From Hydrurus foetidus (taxonomy: Eukaryota): 64,000 bases of DNA. Below, in pieces: positions 50,260 to 64,000 of this stretch (the first letter of the stretch is position 1; each line of letters starts with the position of its first letter). The notes below the pieces were generated by a model that did no database searches, was not told the DNA's origin, and saw only the letters and a list, made by a program, of their open reading frames with translations. A program made the position numbers and the translations under genes. The stretch spans positions 1 through 64,000 of the forward strand of contig UYFQ01000621.1 in NCBI GenBank assembly GCA_900617105.1, in the 5' to 3' direction.

Positions 50260-53200
50260 TGTATTTTTTCTTTCTCCATTTTCAACGCACGATTTTCAAT
50301 GTTTTTTTTTTACATATTATGCATCTATCATTATTAGATTTTTATGTTAATTGATTTGATTTTCTTAAGACACCACACGCAGCAAGAGCAATGCGCAATA
50401 TGAAAAAAGTCGATATGGAAAACGAATTAAAAAAGCAAAAAAAGTCAAGAAGGATTACGAGAAAAAATGGTAGATCAAATAAAGTGGAATTGTTCCGTAC
50501 CTGTTTCTCCTTCCTTATCATCAGCAGAATGGGCTACTTTTTTCCACGTAAATAAATCCTTATCTAATTTGTCAAGTTTAGTAACATAATCGGGACATTC
50601 TAAATTGCCCCTCGCTCTCACCTCAATTTCGGAAATCATTTCTCGAATAGATTTAGTTCGACATTTAATTATTTTTTCTGACTTAATATTTTGAATTTTT
50701 AGATTTGATGGACCTCGACCTTGATTCGGATTCTGCAAAGAAAAAGAAAAATTGAACATGAGAATTTGTAAGAAATCATAAATAAAACTAAATAAAAGAA
50801 AAAGAAAAAAGAAAAAAAAGACAGATGACGAAAAGTATAGCAAAATCTGTTATGGATTTCGAGGAAAGTGATTGAACATTTCAATAAGTGCGTACATGCT
50901 GTACGTGCCCAGCGCTTGCCATGGCACTGTCAAAAGAAAATTTCTTGATTTTTTTTCTTCTTTCAATAATTTTTTCTCGTTTTAATCTCATTAAAATTTC
51001 CGTATTTTCGTCTTCTAAACAGTTTTTTCCTTCTTGATCTTTATCCGTAAAACTTACGATTTCTTTCATGTTTCTATTTGGTTCAAATAAATGCTTTTCT
51101 GACTGACAATCGTTAGATGAAAACAAATTTCCAGATCCGTATATTTGTCTAAAAACAGAATTTTGAGGCGTTAGTGATTTTTTAGTGATAGTAACATTTC
51201 ATACTTATAAAAAAAGATAGAATTAGTATTTATTCATACTTATTCTTTTGAGCAATGTTACTTATCTGAATCAGTCAGCTACATCTACTTAACAGATAAT
51301 AATTGAAATTATAATCAAAATTGAAGTAAGATAAGATGTAAATTTAAAATGACGCAAATGTTAAATATACTGTAAAACATTATTGAATTAGGTACGACAT
51401 TACCTGTCACCACCCAAGGCAGCAAAAGGCCCCGAAACCCTGGGGTGCATGTGTGTGTTCTGGGACAGTGACTGTGACTGAGATTGGGAGTTGAAGTTGG
51501 GATGTGGTGGTGCGTGTGTTGAAGAGGAGGAAGAAGGGGCGCAGATAGGGTCCAGAAAAGGTGCCATACGGGTCCGTCACTATGAAATAAAAAAAGAGAA
51601 AAAAAAGAGAGAAAATAGGTGAAAATAAAAATTGAGTGGAACGAAAAGAAGTGACCAGAAATGAATTGTAAAATAAGTTGCAACTTAAGTAGTCGTCAAC
51701 ACTAAAATGATTACTTAAAAAAAATGTTCAAACAAGTGCCGAAATAGAAGTCATGTACAAGTGCATTATTTATTGATCAAAGTCTTATGATTAAAAGAAC
51801 AGAATTTTTTCAGATAAAAAATAGGGGCGAAAGGAAAGAGAAAAGAACAGAATAATTTAATCGCAAATTATCGTCAAAATAAATTGGACTACAAAATGCA
51901 AGCAGAAATATGAAGAGTTAGCAAGTGAGAGATTTCAAATGATTCAGACTTACAATATTCATCAGAGGATCGTGGACTTTTCATTGGATTTTTTCCATTG
52001 ATGTAATTTGACGACATCGATGAAGGTTCTGGTACAAACATCACAACATCAAGAAGCAGAAGGAAAAAGAAGGAAAAAGAAGAAAAAAAAGAATGAGATA
52101 GATTTCTTTTTTTGGCAACTCCTCCGGGTTATGAATATTTGCGAACTCGCACATTTGGTAAAAATTCGCCCAACATAAGTTATGTGTAAAGAAATGCGTG
52201 GGACATTATATCTGGCACTGATAAGTAGTTATCAAAAAAAGAAAACACGACCTGAAATGATGATAACAATACTAAAATAAAATGCACTTATTAAAAGAGT
52301 AGGACAAAGTTGAGCAAAAAACGATGAATATTGCACACCATCAATTATTATTTACAATAATTGTTACATTCAATGATAATTTCTGATGTATTATCAACGT
52401 CAAATTTTTAGAAACACAATGAACAGAAGGGACACGGACTTTGCTATTTATAATATAAGGTAATAGATATTGCTCTTACCTCTTTCACCGCTTAAAGAAT
52501 GAAAGTCAACCTGCAGAAATCAAAACAAACAAATTCATTGAGTGGTTAAAAAACGACTCAAAAAGAATGATAAACATACAAAGAAACAGAATTTCAATAC
52601 AATTTTAGAATTATTTTTTGTCTCAAGGCCAAGAACTGCATTCTGAATAAATCAGGAATTATACAAGGTTACACTATATTCACGAGTTGCATCGATAGTG
52701 TAACTACAGAATGATGAAATGAAACATCAGTTTCAGCATAAAATTGGTTTTTATTCTGTCTACATCCTTCTCAACTGGAGAACTTCTGTTGAGTGGAAAT
52801 ATGTTTCATTCTACGAGTAGGAATACCACCAATTCACACTACATCCTGAATATTCTGAGAACTAATTTATGCAGACTGCGAATGTCTTCTGCCATTAAAA
52901 TATTTCTTAACCACTCTATTCCGCGGCATGTTCCGAGATAGATATGCACTACAAGGAGTGTTCTTCTCTCTGATGTAACCATACTACAATGCTTCTCAAA
53001 TTCTAACCCTCGTAAATGATCGATGAACTCACAACCCTCTCAGTAGCATAAAAATGCAACCTATCTAGTCGACTATATACTTCATAGATCCAAATGCTCT
53101 CATATGACGTTGAAGTTGTAACAACAAAAGTGATGAACAGATGGTCACAACAGAGAAGTACTCAGTTAGGCATCACGCAACTCAGAATGTTACAGACATA

Positions 53201-53322
53201 AGGGATCATCCGAGAATACCAACCGATGAAAGAGAATTCTTTTTCTTGTCACTCTTCCGATCGCTTTCATTCTTCTTTTTTGCCTCCACCCCTTTCAAGA
53301 AATTTGGGAGTGACTGTCTCAT
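43261..53322 (-). CDS. Long multi-exon gene, low-complexity N-terminal half, IQ-like motifs; exon chain only partly resolved
   Basis: Splice-bounded segments MRQSLPNFLKGVEAKK (53322), EAAIQIQIFYREHKKR (~46730-46613), VKLVQRTVRTFLVCKSAREIAMKKLWDLIEYQFIR (~45820-45712), KDAKLAAKWTAMDSKF (~44840), and a likely last exon ending ..FHGRECS* at 43261. Confidence 0.5.
50177..50259. repeat. (TTTA)n microsatellite
   Basis: Direct reading. Confidence 0.95.
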
Positions 53323-54559
53323 ACCAGGCACAGCGCTTTATCACAACTTACGAATTAAAATCTCGAGAAAATTTTGTTGTAATTCCCCCATGGCTTGCCC
53401 TTGTATGCTAAAGAGTGCCTCTATTCCACTCCATTGAAAGTGCTGGGTTCGCTCGTTGGGCGAAATTTTTCAAAGGAGATCGCAAAAGCGAAAAAATTTA
53501 TCGATCTGACTCAGCAGCATTGCAACCTTTTTCTTTAGCTCCTCTTTTCTCTCATGCTGAGCTTCGAAGGCTGATGCAATGTTCACTTCAGTCTTGAATC
53601 TCCAATCTCCAATCTCCAATCTTCAGTGTGGAAAGTGGAGTGTAGCAGCAGCACACAGCACACAGCAGTACTTACTATGTGTAACGGATTCTTTGCACGT
53701 ACGTTGTACGTTGTTGGAGATCATGCGTATGCATATTTGGAAATCATCTTAATGCTTTTGATAACTAAGCGTCGACAGATTGAAACAAAATGTTAATTTC
53801 TATGAACAAATAGCATTTGGAAGTTACTCCCGAGCACTATCTGCATTCGGAACAAAATTGCACTAGCAACAGCGTTAGATATCCTTCAAATAATTCATTC
53901 AAATAAAGAGAGAAGGATCAATCTAATAGGAAAGTAGTCGCACTCGTTAGAAGAGAGAGAGAGAAAGTGGGGCAGCTTATTTGAAATGCTGATTAATGTG
54001 TTAAGAACTTATCACTGAAATCACACGTTTTAGTACGTGGGCAAGGTGCAAGGTGTGATTCAAAATCTGTGAAGATTTCTAGATACAGCGTAAGACTGCA
54101 TTACCACCAGATCTTTTGAACATCCCCCATTCGTATCTAATTACGCTACTGGGGAGCAATGTCATCTAAATGGCTGCTGCCTTTTCTAGTGATGAATAAT
54201 GCATACATTATACAATGCTACAGGAATAACCTGTCTATATACGCTACAAGATAAAGATAAAAATGCGAGTGAATAATGGGAGCAAAGTTGAAGCATCACA
54301 ACCCTAAACATGTCCTACCAGCCCTAAACAGATTTTCCCAGGTTATTTGCGTTGTCATCGTGCTGGGATCCGGGATCCGTTCTTTTGATTTCCGTGATTT
54401 GCCGATTGGAGCTTGATTCGATCTCAAACTGCTGGATAGAATCAATCATCAAGAAAAACAACTGAGAAGAGCTTTAAAAATACTGGGAAGCAAATCAGAT
54501 TGGACGAAAGTCGAAATAGCTGTAGGCACAGTCGGACAGTGCCTTTGCAGCGTGAGGCG

Positions 54560-56111
54560 ATGTCAAGGAGAATAGAGGTTACGGTACCAAATGATTGGGC
54601 TCTTCCAGTCCGTGAATGTTTGAATGACAAATATAGATGCGATTTGTCAGAGGGAAAAGGGAAACCGAGTATGTTTGTCGAAATGCCGGGACTAGTAAAC
54701 ACCATTTTCTTTATTACTGTGCCTGGAGCGACCGTGAGCCCTACTTTGGAACACCTTCGCAAAAATGGAATTGGAGTGTCTGTGGGTAGAATCATTCTCA
54801 CTGGCATTGAGTTTCTCAAACCTGCCTTAGACAAGCCTCTGCAGAAAATTTTGGTATATGAAGCCGCTGAAGAGGATAAACAGCTCACTGATGGGAAGGA
54901 TAAGCCGAAAAAGGGTCCGCTGACTGGATTCCAGCACTTCCAGAAGGCCAGAAAAACAACGGAGGAACTGTATAATGATATTTCAAATGGTGCCACAATG
55001 AATATGAATACGTGGCTCAACTTGATAGGAGCCTCAATTATGGCTGCTGGTGGACTGACAACGAACACAACGGTGTTCATCGTAGCAGCGATGCTTGTCT
55101 CTCCCATCATGGGACCTATCTTAGGGATGACTCTCGGATACAGAATTGCTGACTGGCCACTATTCAGAAACTCCTTCATAAGCGAGATTAAGATGGCCAT
55201 TACAGCTTTCCTAACAGGACTATTCTACGGCTTTATTCTAGGGGATGTCGGGAAGACGTACAATTGGCCTACTTCTGCCATGAGCCCTTCAGACAGTCAG
55301 GTACACGTTGTAAATGATCACCTGCTGTTGTAGTAAATGAAATAATTTGTTGGCAAAAGTGTTGGCTACAGATGATTCTTTACAGTCTCAATTCTGAGAT
55401 GTTATTTTGCTATTTTCTTATAACTTGGTTCTTCTTGAAGTCAAGTTAGGAAAAAGTCCAAAATGGAATCTCACAACTGACTGGTAGAAACGGTCCAATG
55501 AAGCATACAAATAAATTTATTCAATTTACATAGGCAGGAAGTTCTTACTGCAAAATTACAGAGAAGATGAGCAGATACCTTGAAATTGACGCTGAATTTA
55601 CATCCCTCTTTCATTCTATTTACTACTGTTTTATTTTATCTTATTTTATCTTACTTTATCTTATCTTATGTTATCTTATCCTATCTTATCTCATTGTATC
55701 TTATCTTACTTTATCTTATCTTACCTCATTTTATTTTATTTTATTTTATTTTATTTTATCTTATCTTATCTCATTTTATCTCATCTCATTTTATCTTTCT
55801 TATGAAAGGGATTCAATATGGTAGTGTCAATTATAGTGTCTGCCGCAGCCGGTCTGGTTTTGGGTGTTAGTTTAACTTCAACCGGAGGAAACGCGCTAGT
55901 GGGCACGGCTATTTCCGGTAAAATCATTTTCCATTGATTTAGAGTACTAAAACATCATATAGTTTATGTATATATATGAATGTATGTATTTTTTTCAGCC
56001 TGATAAGCTGACTTTGTGACTATCTTCTGTGGCGACTCATACTCCGACAGATGGGCTGATGGATACTTGCACTAACTGACTATTTGAGTAACTAACTAAC
56101 TAACTAACTGA

Positions 56112-56164
<53 letters not shown>

Positions 56165-57897
56165 GATGATGAACACCCTGTCATTAAAATATACCCCAAT
56201 AATTACAGCTGGGCTTCTGCCCCCTATTGTGAACGCGGGCATGCTTATCGCTTATTCCCTCGCATACGCACCCAAAGAAAAAAAGGCAGATTTCTACGAG
56301 ATGGGAAATTACGCAATATTATTTTATTTCTCACACGTTGTTACAATCGTTATCGTGGCGAATATTGTGTTTTGGTTGAAAGACATTGATCCTCGTTTCA
56401 GAGATGGAGAAGATGCGAGTTTCGATGATATCCCTTCTTTGGTTGAACATAAAAAACGATTAGAAGCGAGTGGCGTGAATGCTGAGAGAGCGAGAGCTGC
56501 GTTTTTCGTCAATCACATTAAGGTGCAGTTATACAGAAGTCGCAACGATCATCTCCATTTGTGTTTTCTAGAATGCAAGGCTCCTCGTTTCGTTTATTCC
56601 AAGTCCAGGTTTAATCTGGACCCACCCCTATACACGACAATTAATTGACCGTACTGATAACTGAAAACATTACGGTACGGTACAGTTAATTGTCGTGTGC
56701 AGGGGTGGGTCCAGATTAAACCTGGACCTGGAATAAACGAAACGAGGACCCTTGTACTGTATGTGAAATTGCTTTTTGCAATGGTGATGTTGATCCTATG
56801 AAACGGATGTTTTATCATTTTACCATATTCCATCTATATCTTGCTATCTTCTTTCATCTTATTCTAATTTTAATTTGAATTTTAATTTTAATTCAGCTCT
56901 TCACTCTTCTTGAATCGCATTTTTGTATTTTATTGCTGCCTCATTTTAGCCTTATTTCGATCTTATTTTAACCACATTTTAAACTTATCTAGCCATTTCA
57001 ATCTAATTCGAATTTGTTTAACCACTCATTCTTCAGGGCGACGTGAAGGAAATGGCGCTTGAAATGAAAGACAGAGCGAGTGGCATCGCAAGCATTGTGA
57101 CAGGAGGACTCATCGGATCAAGGTACGTAATACCTATTTAGTGTGACATTAATTCAAATGTTTTTTTCTTTGTGACTTTTCAATTTCTTTGTCTTATATT
57201 TTACTTTTCAATTTATAGTGTCATTCCTCTCTGTCTTTCTTTTTTTATTGTTTCGGTCAGAGCTGTTATATACGACATTATTCCGTGTCGATATGTTTTC
57301 TATATTTATCTTGAGATACAATGCACGTGCGTTGCACCGCTGAACGACATACAATTATAATTACAATCATTATAAATTACGATACCGCTGTCAGCGCATA
57401 AGTCATAATATCAACATACACTAATGTCAACTCACAATATAACGATCTAATCACCATTAAAAATAATGAAATATCATCTAAACAATGTAATTTGTCCCTA
57501 AAGGGAGCATAAAGAGAGATTTAAAGGAGAGGGAATGAACAGAAGGCGGGCTCAGAGCAACTCGTCCAACCACTCATCCGATCTCGAAGAACAAGGATAT
57601 AGAAGTAACCGCGGCAGCATAGACGAATCGTCCTACAATACACCGGGACATACGGCCGGATCCGGTGTAGGCGCAACTTCTAGTTCAAGTTCTAGTTCCC
57701 ACTTTAGAAGGGACTCTTTAGGGGTCATTCCTGAGGATAAGGAAGACGACGATGCAGTGTACAATCCAGTGCTTAATCGAGATAAAAAGGATACCACTCC
57801 ATCTACTTCTGCTTCACATCCATCCGTTGGCAGCACGTACGCTACAGTTCCAACTTCAACTTCAACTTCAACTTCAACCTCCAAGTACGAAGTTTGA
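54560..57897 (+). CDS. DUF389 (TIGR00341-like) multi-pass membrane protein; exons 54560-55300, 55809-55917, 56209-56522, 57037-57122, 57504-57897
   Basis: Family motifs ASIMAAGGLTTNTTVFIVAAMLVSPIMGPILG and NALVGTAISAGLLPPIVNAG; phase-consistent splicing; Ser/Thr-rich tail. Confidence 0.88.
55628..55797. repeat. (TTATC/TTATT)n intronic microsatellite next to an acceptor
   Basis: Direct reading. Confidence 0.92.
56088..56164. repeat. (AACT)n intronic microsatellite
   Basis: Direct reading. Confidence 0.93.
56577..56753. mobile_element. Foldback MITE, family 1 variant, copy 3 (DUF389 intron 3)
   Basis: About 67-bp arms AAGGCTCCTCGTTTCGTTTATTCCAAGTCCAGGTTTAATCTGGACCCACCCCTATACACGACAATTAA and its near reverse complement ending CGAGGACCCTT. 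Confidence 0.82.
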
Positions 57898-59185
57898 CGA
57901 TACGGTTGATTTCCGTAACTGATTGTGGAATTCATTTTGCTTAGGACGGTAATTAGATTGATCATCGATACTAGTGGTTAGAATAAAATAAAATAAGATA
58001 TGTGAATATAAGGAGGATGAAATATGATATGAGAAGTTGCCATAGTACGATATGTCGCAATGTGGAAAATGAGAATAAAGTGATGCAGGAAAGCAGTCTG
58101 ATAGGATTTACCATTTTTGTTGATTTTTCTGCACTTCTACTACCATTCTTAAGAAGAATTTGATTTAGAACTATTTGCCTTTTCTTTTAATGAATATTAT
58201 AGTCGACGGATTTTTGCGACTTTTTTTCATTCATGATTTGCGACTACGGCATTTGGTCTATTGATTAGTGTATAACCAACTATTCTGTTTCGGATTTTCA
58301 GTTCAGGATCGGTATTAGTGCGGGAGGCAACGACAAAATGTAAAAAAAATTCAATTGAAATTTGTTCAGAAATATGAGTGCGATCTTAAATTTTTGACCA
58401 TTAGGGCAAATATAACAAAATAATCCCTCATGTTTTATTTTAAAAATTGGAAATAGCGTTGTACAGACGGCCAAGCTCCCATCACTACGCAGTAACGGAT
58501 TCACTATGACAAGGACAGAATAAAATGTCCATAACACTGTTTCCAATAACCATTTGCACCTCGGATTCGTTTGCACTCACATTCTCGGGTATTTCATTCT
58601 GTTCCAGTGACGTGGCAGTTACGTAAATAATGACAACTCTGTTATCTGTTGTATTATATATTACAGTTGCAAAGATCAAAAATGTAATATAAGATCGTGC
58701 AGCCAATAGCAGTAACCGAAAGAAGCTGTATACGGGTACCGCAGATTATTTTATTATTGCCGATTAACTCAATTTTTATCGCATTCTTCGTAGCTAAAAA
58801 AACGAGATAAGACATGCAACAGATCACATCCACCACTATAGCGGGCTCGCCCCGCCCCAACGCATCTTCAGGTCAATCGTAAAACGTAAAACCAGATTTT
58901 GGGTACAAAACAGGAGTTTTTACGTTCTGTATTCTGTACTCCACTACGGACCAACCCGCCTACCAAATTATTCAGCTGATCGGGATGTTGTTGCTGAGTG
59001 CTGACTAGTTCGTTGTTCCAAATCCATCCCAGTCAGCTAGCAGCTCCCGGCTCCCAGCTCCCCATCATCAAAAAGATGCATTGACACAGTTATCTCTCTC
59101 CTTTCAATTGCTTCTCGAAAATTGTTTCTCGCTCTGTAGTTGAAGTCGTGTCAACGCCTCACAGTGATATCCAACGCACTAAAAT

Positions 59186-59335
59186 ATGTCATCTCTTTGC
59201 AAAGTAATCTTCTGTTTGGCTATCGTTCTCAGCATTGTCGGAGCCGCCATCACTGTCGACAGCAGTGTCCTGTTTCTAGATGATACCAACTTTGAAGAGG
59301 TAATTGCTGCCCACAGCGAATTGGCTGTTTTCTAC
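59186..59335 (+). pseudogene. 5' fragment of a protein disulfide isomerase/thioredoxin-domain gene interrupted by the retrotransposon
   Basis: Signal peptide then VLFLDDTNFEEVIAAHSELAVFY, the start of a PDI a-domain (V..L...NF...I.......V.FYAPWCGHC); similarity ends at TGTGGAG at 59336. Confidence 0.7.
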
Positions 59336-62300
59336 TGTGGAGCACGGCAAAACCGATTTCCTCTAAGACTGCAGAAATAACCCCTGCATCTTCGCAAAGT
59401 GGAATTTATGCCATCTTCCTATAGAGTTAGAGAAAGTCAGATTACCTGCTTTCTTGGAATCCCCGAGTTTGGTCTCTTCCATTCTTTACTTTTCTGGTCG
59501 CAGTTGATGTATACTTCCCAGAAATCATTGAAGACTTGCTCCGCTGGTCGATTGAATCGTAGATTCATCAACAGATACATAAGATTAGTCTAGAGACGTC
59601 TTTTGGTCGCTGAGGAGCAACGTCATACACCTTTTAAGGTACTCATTTTTTCTCCCACTCAAAATTTGGCGTTTACGCCATAGAACTTTTCAGTTCAAGA
59701 GTTGGTTAGAATTGCTTTATTCGTTGTTACTGATGCACAGCACCCGTTAGTAAACGAGGCGAAGCCCTGGAAATTTCATTCTGAGGAAGGGTAATCGATC
59801 TTCACTGAGTTTAAGCGAGATTTATATCGATTAGTGATTCGACATATCATCACCACTTAACCCAAACCCTGAACCATCTCGTGAGGAGGAAGAGATTGCA
59901 CGTCTGGCAGCGTTAGCTGCGCTCAACGAGTACACAATCTCAATGTTGAACTCGCTGTTCCCAGCATTTCCTTCGACGATGCAACTCCATGGTGAGGTGT
60001 TCGTTCTCAGGCACAACTTCATTGATGAAGCTGATGCGACTGACTTCTACGAACAGGCTCAGAGGTACCCCTCGATAAAGCTGACTGATTGCATGCAAAA
60101 GCAGGCAATCGAGTCACTAAACTTCAGAATCATGATCGATCCTGAGTTTAAGACCATCGATCGTCGTCTACGCCATGAGTGGCAGACTAAATTCAGGTAG
60201 GCAAACTGATAATTAAGTACTTCTCCCCAAATGGTTTGGGAGAATGAACTTTGGCAGAGAGCTTTCGCCAAGTTCCCTTCCATTATCAGATCACCAACCA
60301 CGATCATGAGAATGCCACATTCGTACGTTACAACGAACTTGTGAGCAACTATGAGAGGTCTAAGGGACCCCCTTATCAGAAACTCAGCTTATTCAGATCT
60401 TGGAGAAGCGCCTAGCTAAAGGTAGTCAAATTCAACAATACAATCTAAAAGCAAAAGCTGCTGACAACTCCCCACCTCATACGTGGTATTCGACTATGCT
60501 ACGCATTGGTCAGTTTCTCACCGAGGCTAGGGCGATGATGAACCTCATCAAAAGCGATGGCAACCCAGAGACGGTGTACTCATTTCCTCCTTCAGCAGTC
60601 CCATCAGGCGTTGGCAGAGAGCAGAGCCAGTGCTAAAGCACCCTCACCAACACCCTCCGCTTCGTCGAGGTCACTCACTACGACAGTGTGTACCCCTAAC
60701 TCGTACGTTCCGATACAGCATGGACTCTCTGTCCTTGTCTCAACGGAAGTGCCGCTCGTACCAATCTATCGAGCGTGCGGTTCGTGCGGGTCTAAGACAC
60801 ACTTGTTGATGGAGTGCCCGGTACTGCATTACTCAGACGCCAATTCAGACTATCAAACTGAATGGGAGAGTTCTACAGAGGGGATGGCTTGGGCCGCGGC
60901 GGGGTGCACTGAATGGCAACTCAGCCTCATCCTTCCTGGATATGAGGATCGAGTCCAGTACTACCCCAAGGGTTCTAAACCCTACTTGATGTGTAACGAC
61001 AACAAGCGCGCCAAGAACAGCCATGGTTCTGAGAGCAACTCCAACACCTCGGATGGTTCAGATCGTTCCAACCAGGGTCAAGGGGGAAACTCCCCAAACC
61101 AATCCAACTATAGTAACCAAGGTAACCAGGGAGGCGGTCGAGGCAAGCAAAGGTGAGGACAAAACCCCAATGCAAACCAAAACCAGGGCCGCGGATATGG
61201 CGGTAAGGGCAGATACAACCCTCCGCAGGGAAACTATCCTCCTCTCAACACCAAGCCAGGACAAAACCAAGGTAAGAATCTTGACCATGGCTGCGTGGCT
61301 GCTACTTTCGATGATGATGTCTTTAATCTAACTGATGATCATCTCGAAGTGCAACCACATGTACTTATTTGTGAAGAATTTTTACATAAACCTTCCACCC
61401 TAGCATCTCACCACCTTGACGTTATGGTTATTGTGCAGGATAAGGACAGGACAGGCCCATCTAGCGAGCTGCGCGCAGTGGGGACGGCCGTAATGGATAC
61501 GGCCAACTATTCCGATAATTTTATTTGATATGATTGAAAAGTTCAATGGCACTCACCTTTGTTATCCTGCTCTTAAAGCCATAACTGTTTGTAGCGGAAT
61601 CGATGGCCCATGCTATTTAAATAATGAAATTTGCGATTTAAAAATTTTATTTCATTCTTATGATGGTGAATGCCATAGCATCAGCCTGCCCATGGAGGTC
61701 AATCGGAAAACGGACATTGACATATTATTTAGCCGTGATACGGTAAAGAAATATGACTTCTGGACGTTAACTCCGTTTGCTTTCGGCATTTCTCCTGAGC
61801 TTAGTGATGAGAATAAGAGAAAGAGCGATGCTCGCAGACGCAAATTCGAAAGAAGAGAAGCATGGGACAAACTTGATCCATTGTTTTAGCATAAATATAC
61901 GCGTCGTATGATAGCATTCGGTGCCGAACCTGATACAGCCGCAGTCGAGTCTTAAACACCTCACTACGACAAGCTGAAATATCCAGGCGGTAAACCATCC
62001 TCTAACAAAAGAGAAACATATGGGTTATGCACATATCGAAACAAGAGGAGCATATTGCATGGTCAATCTTCTTCGAAGAGCAACGTCTCTAGTGTCCATA
62101 CAATGTCGACATGTAACGATACTCAGATGGAAATCGAGGGAGTCGCGACCCAAGATCACTGTGGTGTTGTAGGTTGTGAGCGACTGAATAGTGTCACTAC
62201 TATTCTCGCAAAATGTACGGGTGATACACTGCACCTAGGTGGCGACCGGATTCCCACCCCTACAAACGCTTCTGAGGAAACTGATACCCTAGACTATGTC

Positions 62301-64000
62301 ACTGAGCCTTTATGGCCCAGTGGTGTCGCACTCTCAGTTGACGAGATTGACGATGGCAAGATAGACACGTTTACCCCCTTCTTGGCAGAAAAACCTAGTC
62401 AAGATGACTTGCTCAAAGGACCAGAGGGTTTCCTCAAAGAGATTACTTTTGAAGGAGATGAAAGCTTTCAGATGAAGCTCCGAGAGCTCTGTTCTGAATA
62501 TTCAGACATCTTTAGTGATCAATTAGCTGAGAAACCAGCGTCACTAAAACCCTTTGAGATTAACATCCCAGTTGAGTTGTGGGTCCGCCGATACGTCCCC
62601 AGTCATCAACGAAAGAAGTTGCACTTATAGAAAATCTCGACGAGATGCTTGCATCAGGGGTTATTGAACGATCAGATGCTGCTTATTACAGTCATCCTGT
62701 AATAGTAACTAAGTCACCCGGTAAATTTCGAACCTGCATCGATTACCGGCCACTTAATAGGTGTCTTGAGCCGGCCTCATTCCCGTTGCCTAATATCAAA
62801 CACCTCTTTGAGAGGATCGGTAATATAAACCTGGATATTTTTGGTGTGATGAATTTAACCGCAAGTTACCATCAGGCACCGTTACACCCTTCACATCGCG
62901 TTCTCACGGCATTCAAATGCTTTGCGGGGGTATTTCAGTTTACGAGACTGCCCTTTGGTCTGTGTCGTGCCCCCTCTTACTTTCAAGAGTAGATGGTAAC
63001 GGCGGTCCTCTATGGCCTTATCTATCATTGTTGCAAGATGTATCTCGACGATTGTATTGTATATGGCAAGGGTGAAGCAGAGTTTCTTACTAACTTGACA
63101 AAAGTGTTTGAGAGATTTAGGCTAAAAGGATTTAGGCTAGAGACTCAAAGCCAAAAAGTGCCGTTTCGGCCTCCAACGTATTGAATACGTTAGCAGAGTG
63201 GTCGAAAAAGATGGTTTATCCATGTCAAAAGAGAAAATAGAAACAGTATTGAACTTTTCTAATCCTAAGAATTTAACCTTATCAAGGTCATTTTCAGGAT
63301 TGGCAAGCTAATTTAGACAGTTTGTAACTATGCATTCCACGTTGATTGAACCAATCCAGGATATGATAGGGCCGTAGTTTGGACTCAGAAGAGCACCAAC
63401 GCGTTTTTAGACACAAAGATTGCTATATCTCGATGTCCATTGATGTATTTCATCGATGACAACAAGTTAGACATCCGTTTGTATACAGACGCGTCCGATT
63501 CTGGTATCGGCGGTGTATTATTCCAATAACTTTCATAAGCAAATCGTTGACACCCACACAGATAAGGTGATCGACAATACAAAAAGAAGCTTACGCTATC
63601 TTCTATTGTTGTACACAACTCGATTGTCTCATCAGAGATCGTACGTTCACTATCCATACGGATACTTGAACATAACGTATATGAAACAAAATCTTACCTC
63701 AATGGTAGCAAGATGGTTCATTGCTATGCAAGAACTCCATTTCACCGTGGTATTCGTACCCGGTACGTCAAACGTCATGGCTGATGCATTGTCTAGGCCA
63801 TGTCCTAATTTGACAGATATTGCTTTACCATTACGGACTGATGAATTGGAATTAATTCCAACTTCGTCATCATCGTTCACTGTGTCAGCGCTGACGGTCA
63901 TAGATTCTGCAACAGACGACCAGTTGGAACACATTCATATGTGCCACAATGCAAGTGCCGGTCACAACGGTGTCGACCGTACCCTTACTCAGTTGTTCAG
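59336..64000 (+). mobile_element. Degenerate Ty3/Gypsy LTR retrotransposon; continues past the window end
   Basis: Gag zinc knuckle CGSCGSKTHLLMEC (60776-60817); protease-like AVMDTA (~61490); RT (FRTCIDYRPLN, FTRLPFGL..APSYFQ, YLDD at 63041); RNase H LYTDASDSGIGGVL (~63480); integrase start CHNASAGHNG (~63945); PR-RT-RH-INT order; many stops and frameshifts. Left end inferred from the TG at the PDI break. Confidence 0.9.

Noticed and set aside
54442..55200. 252-aa minus-strand ORF
   Set aside because: Antisense shadow of DUF389 exon 1.
59490..59690. LTR 3' end and primer-binding site candidates (TGGTCGC at ~59496 and ~59604, TGGCGTT at ~59667)
   Set aside because: Cannot choose among them without the second LTR or the tRNA set.

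Overview
Intron-rich eukaryotic nuclear DNA with GT-AG introns that are often filled with microsatellites. A signal-peptide-bearing D27 homologue and the intron style suggest a plastid-bearing stramenopile such as a chrysophyte (inference). Host genes, left to right: 3' half of a DCAF7/AN11 WD40 gene with a duplicated terminal exon, a TMEM230/TMEM134-like gene, a mitochondrial carrier, a D27-like carotenoid isomerase, an ankyrin+WW gene, an orphan ORF, an SRSF1-like SR splicing factor, a long IQ-like gene on the minus strand, a DUF389 membrane protein, and a PDI-like gene cut by a degenerate Ty3/Gypsy element. The region 22.1-35.9 kb is a nest of PIF/Harbinger-type DNA transposons. It holds two back-to-back two-gene elements; one carries a 3.2-kb pentamer array and an internal inversion in its transposase. 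It also holds several MITEs and a nested TTA-flanked composite element containing an apparently perfect inverted copy of the SR gene's promoter and first exon. All calls are from reading by eye; no database searches were run.
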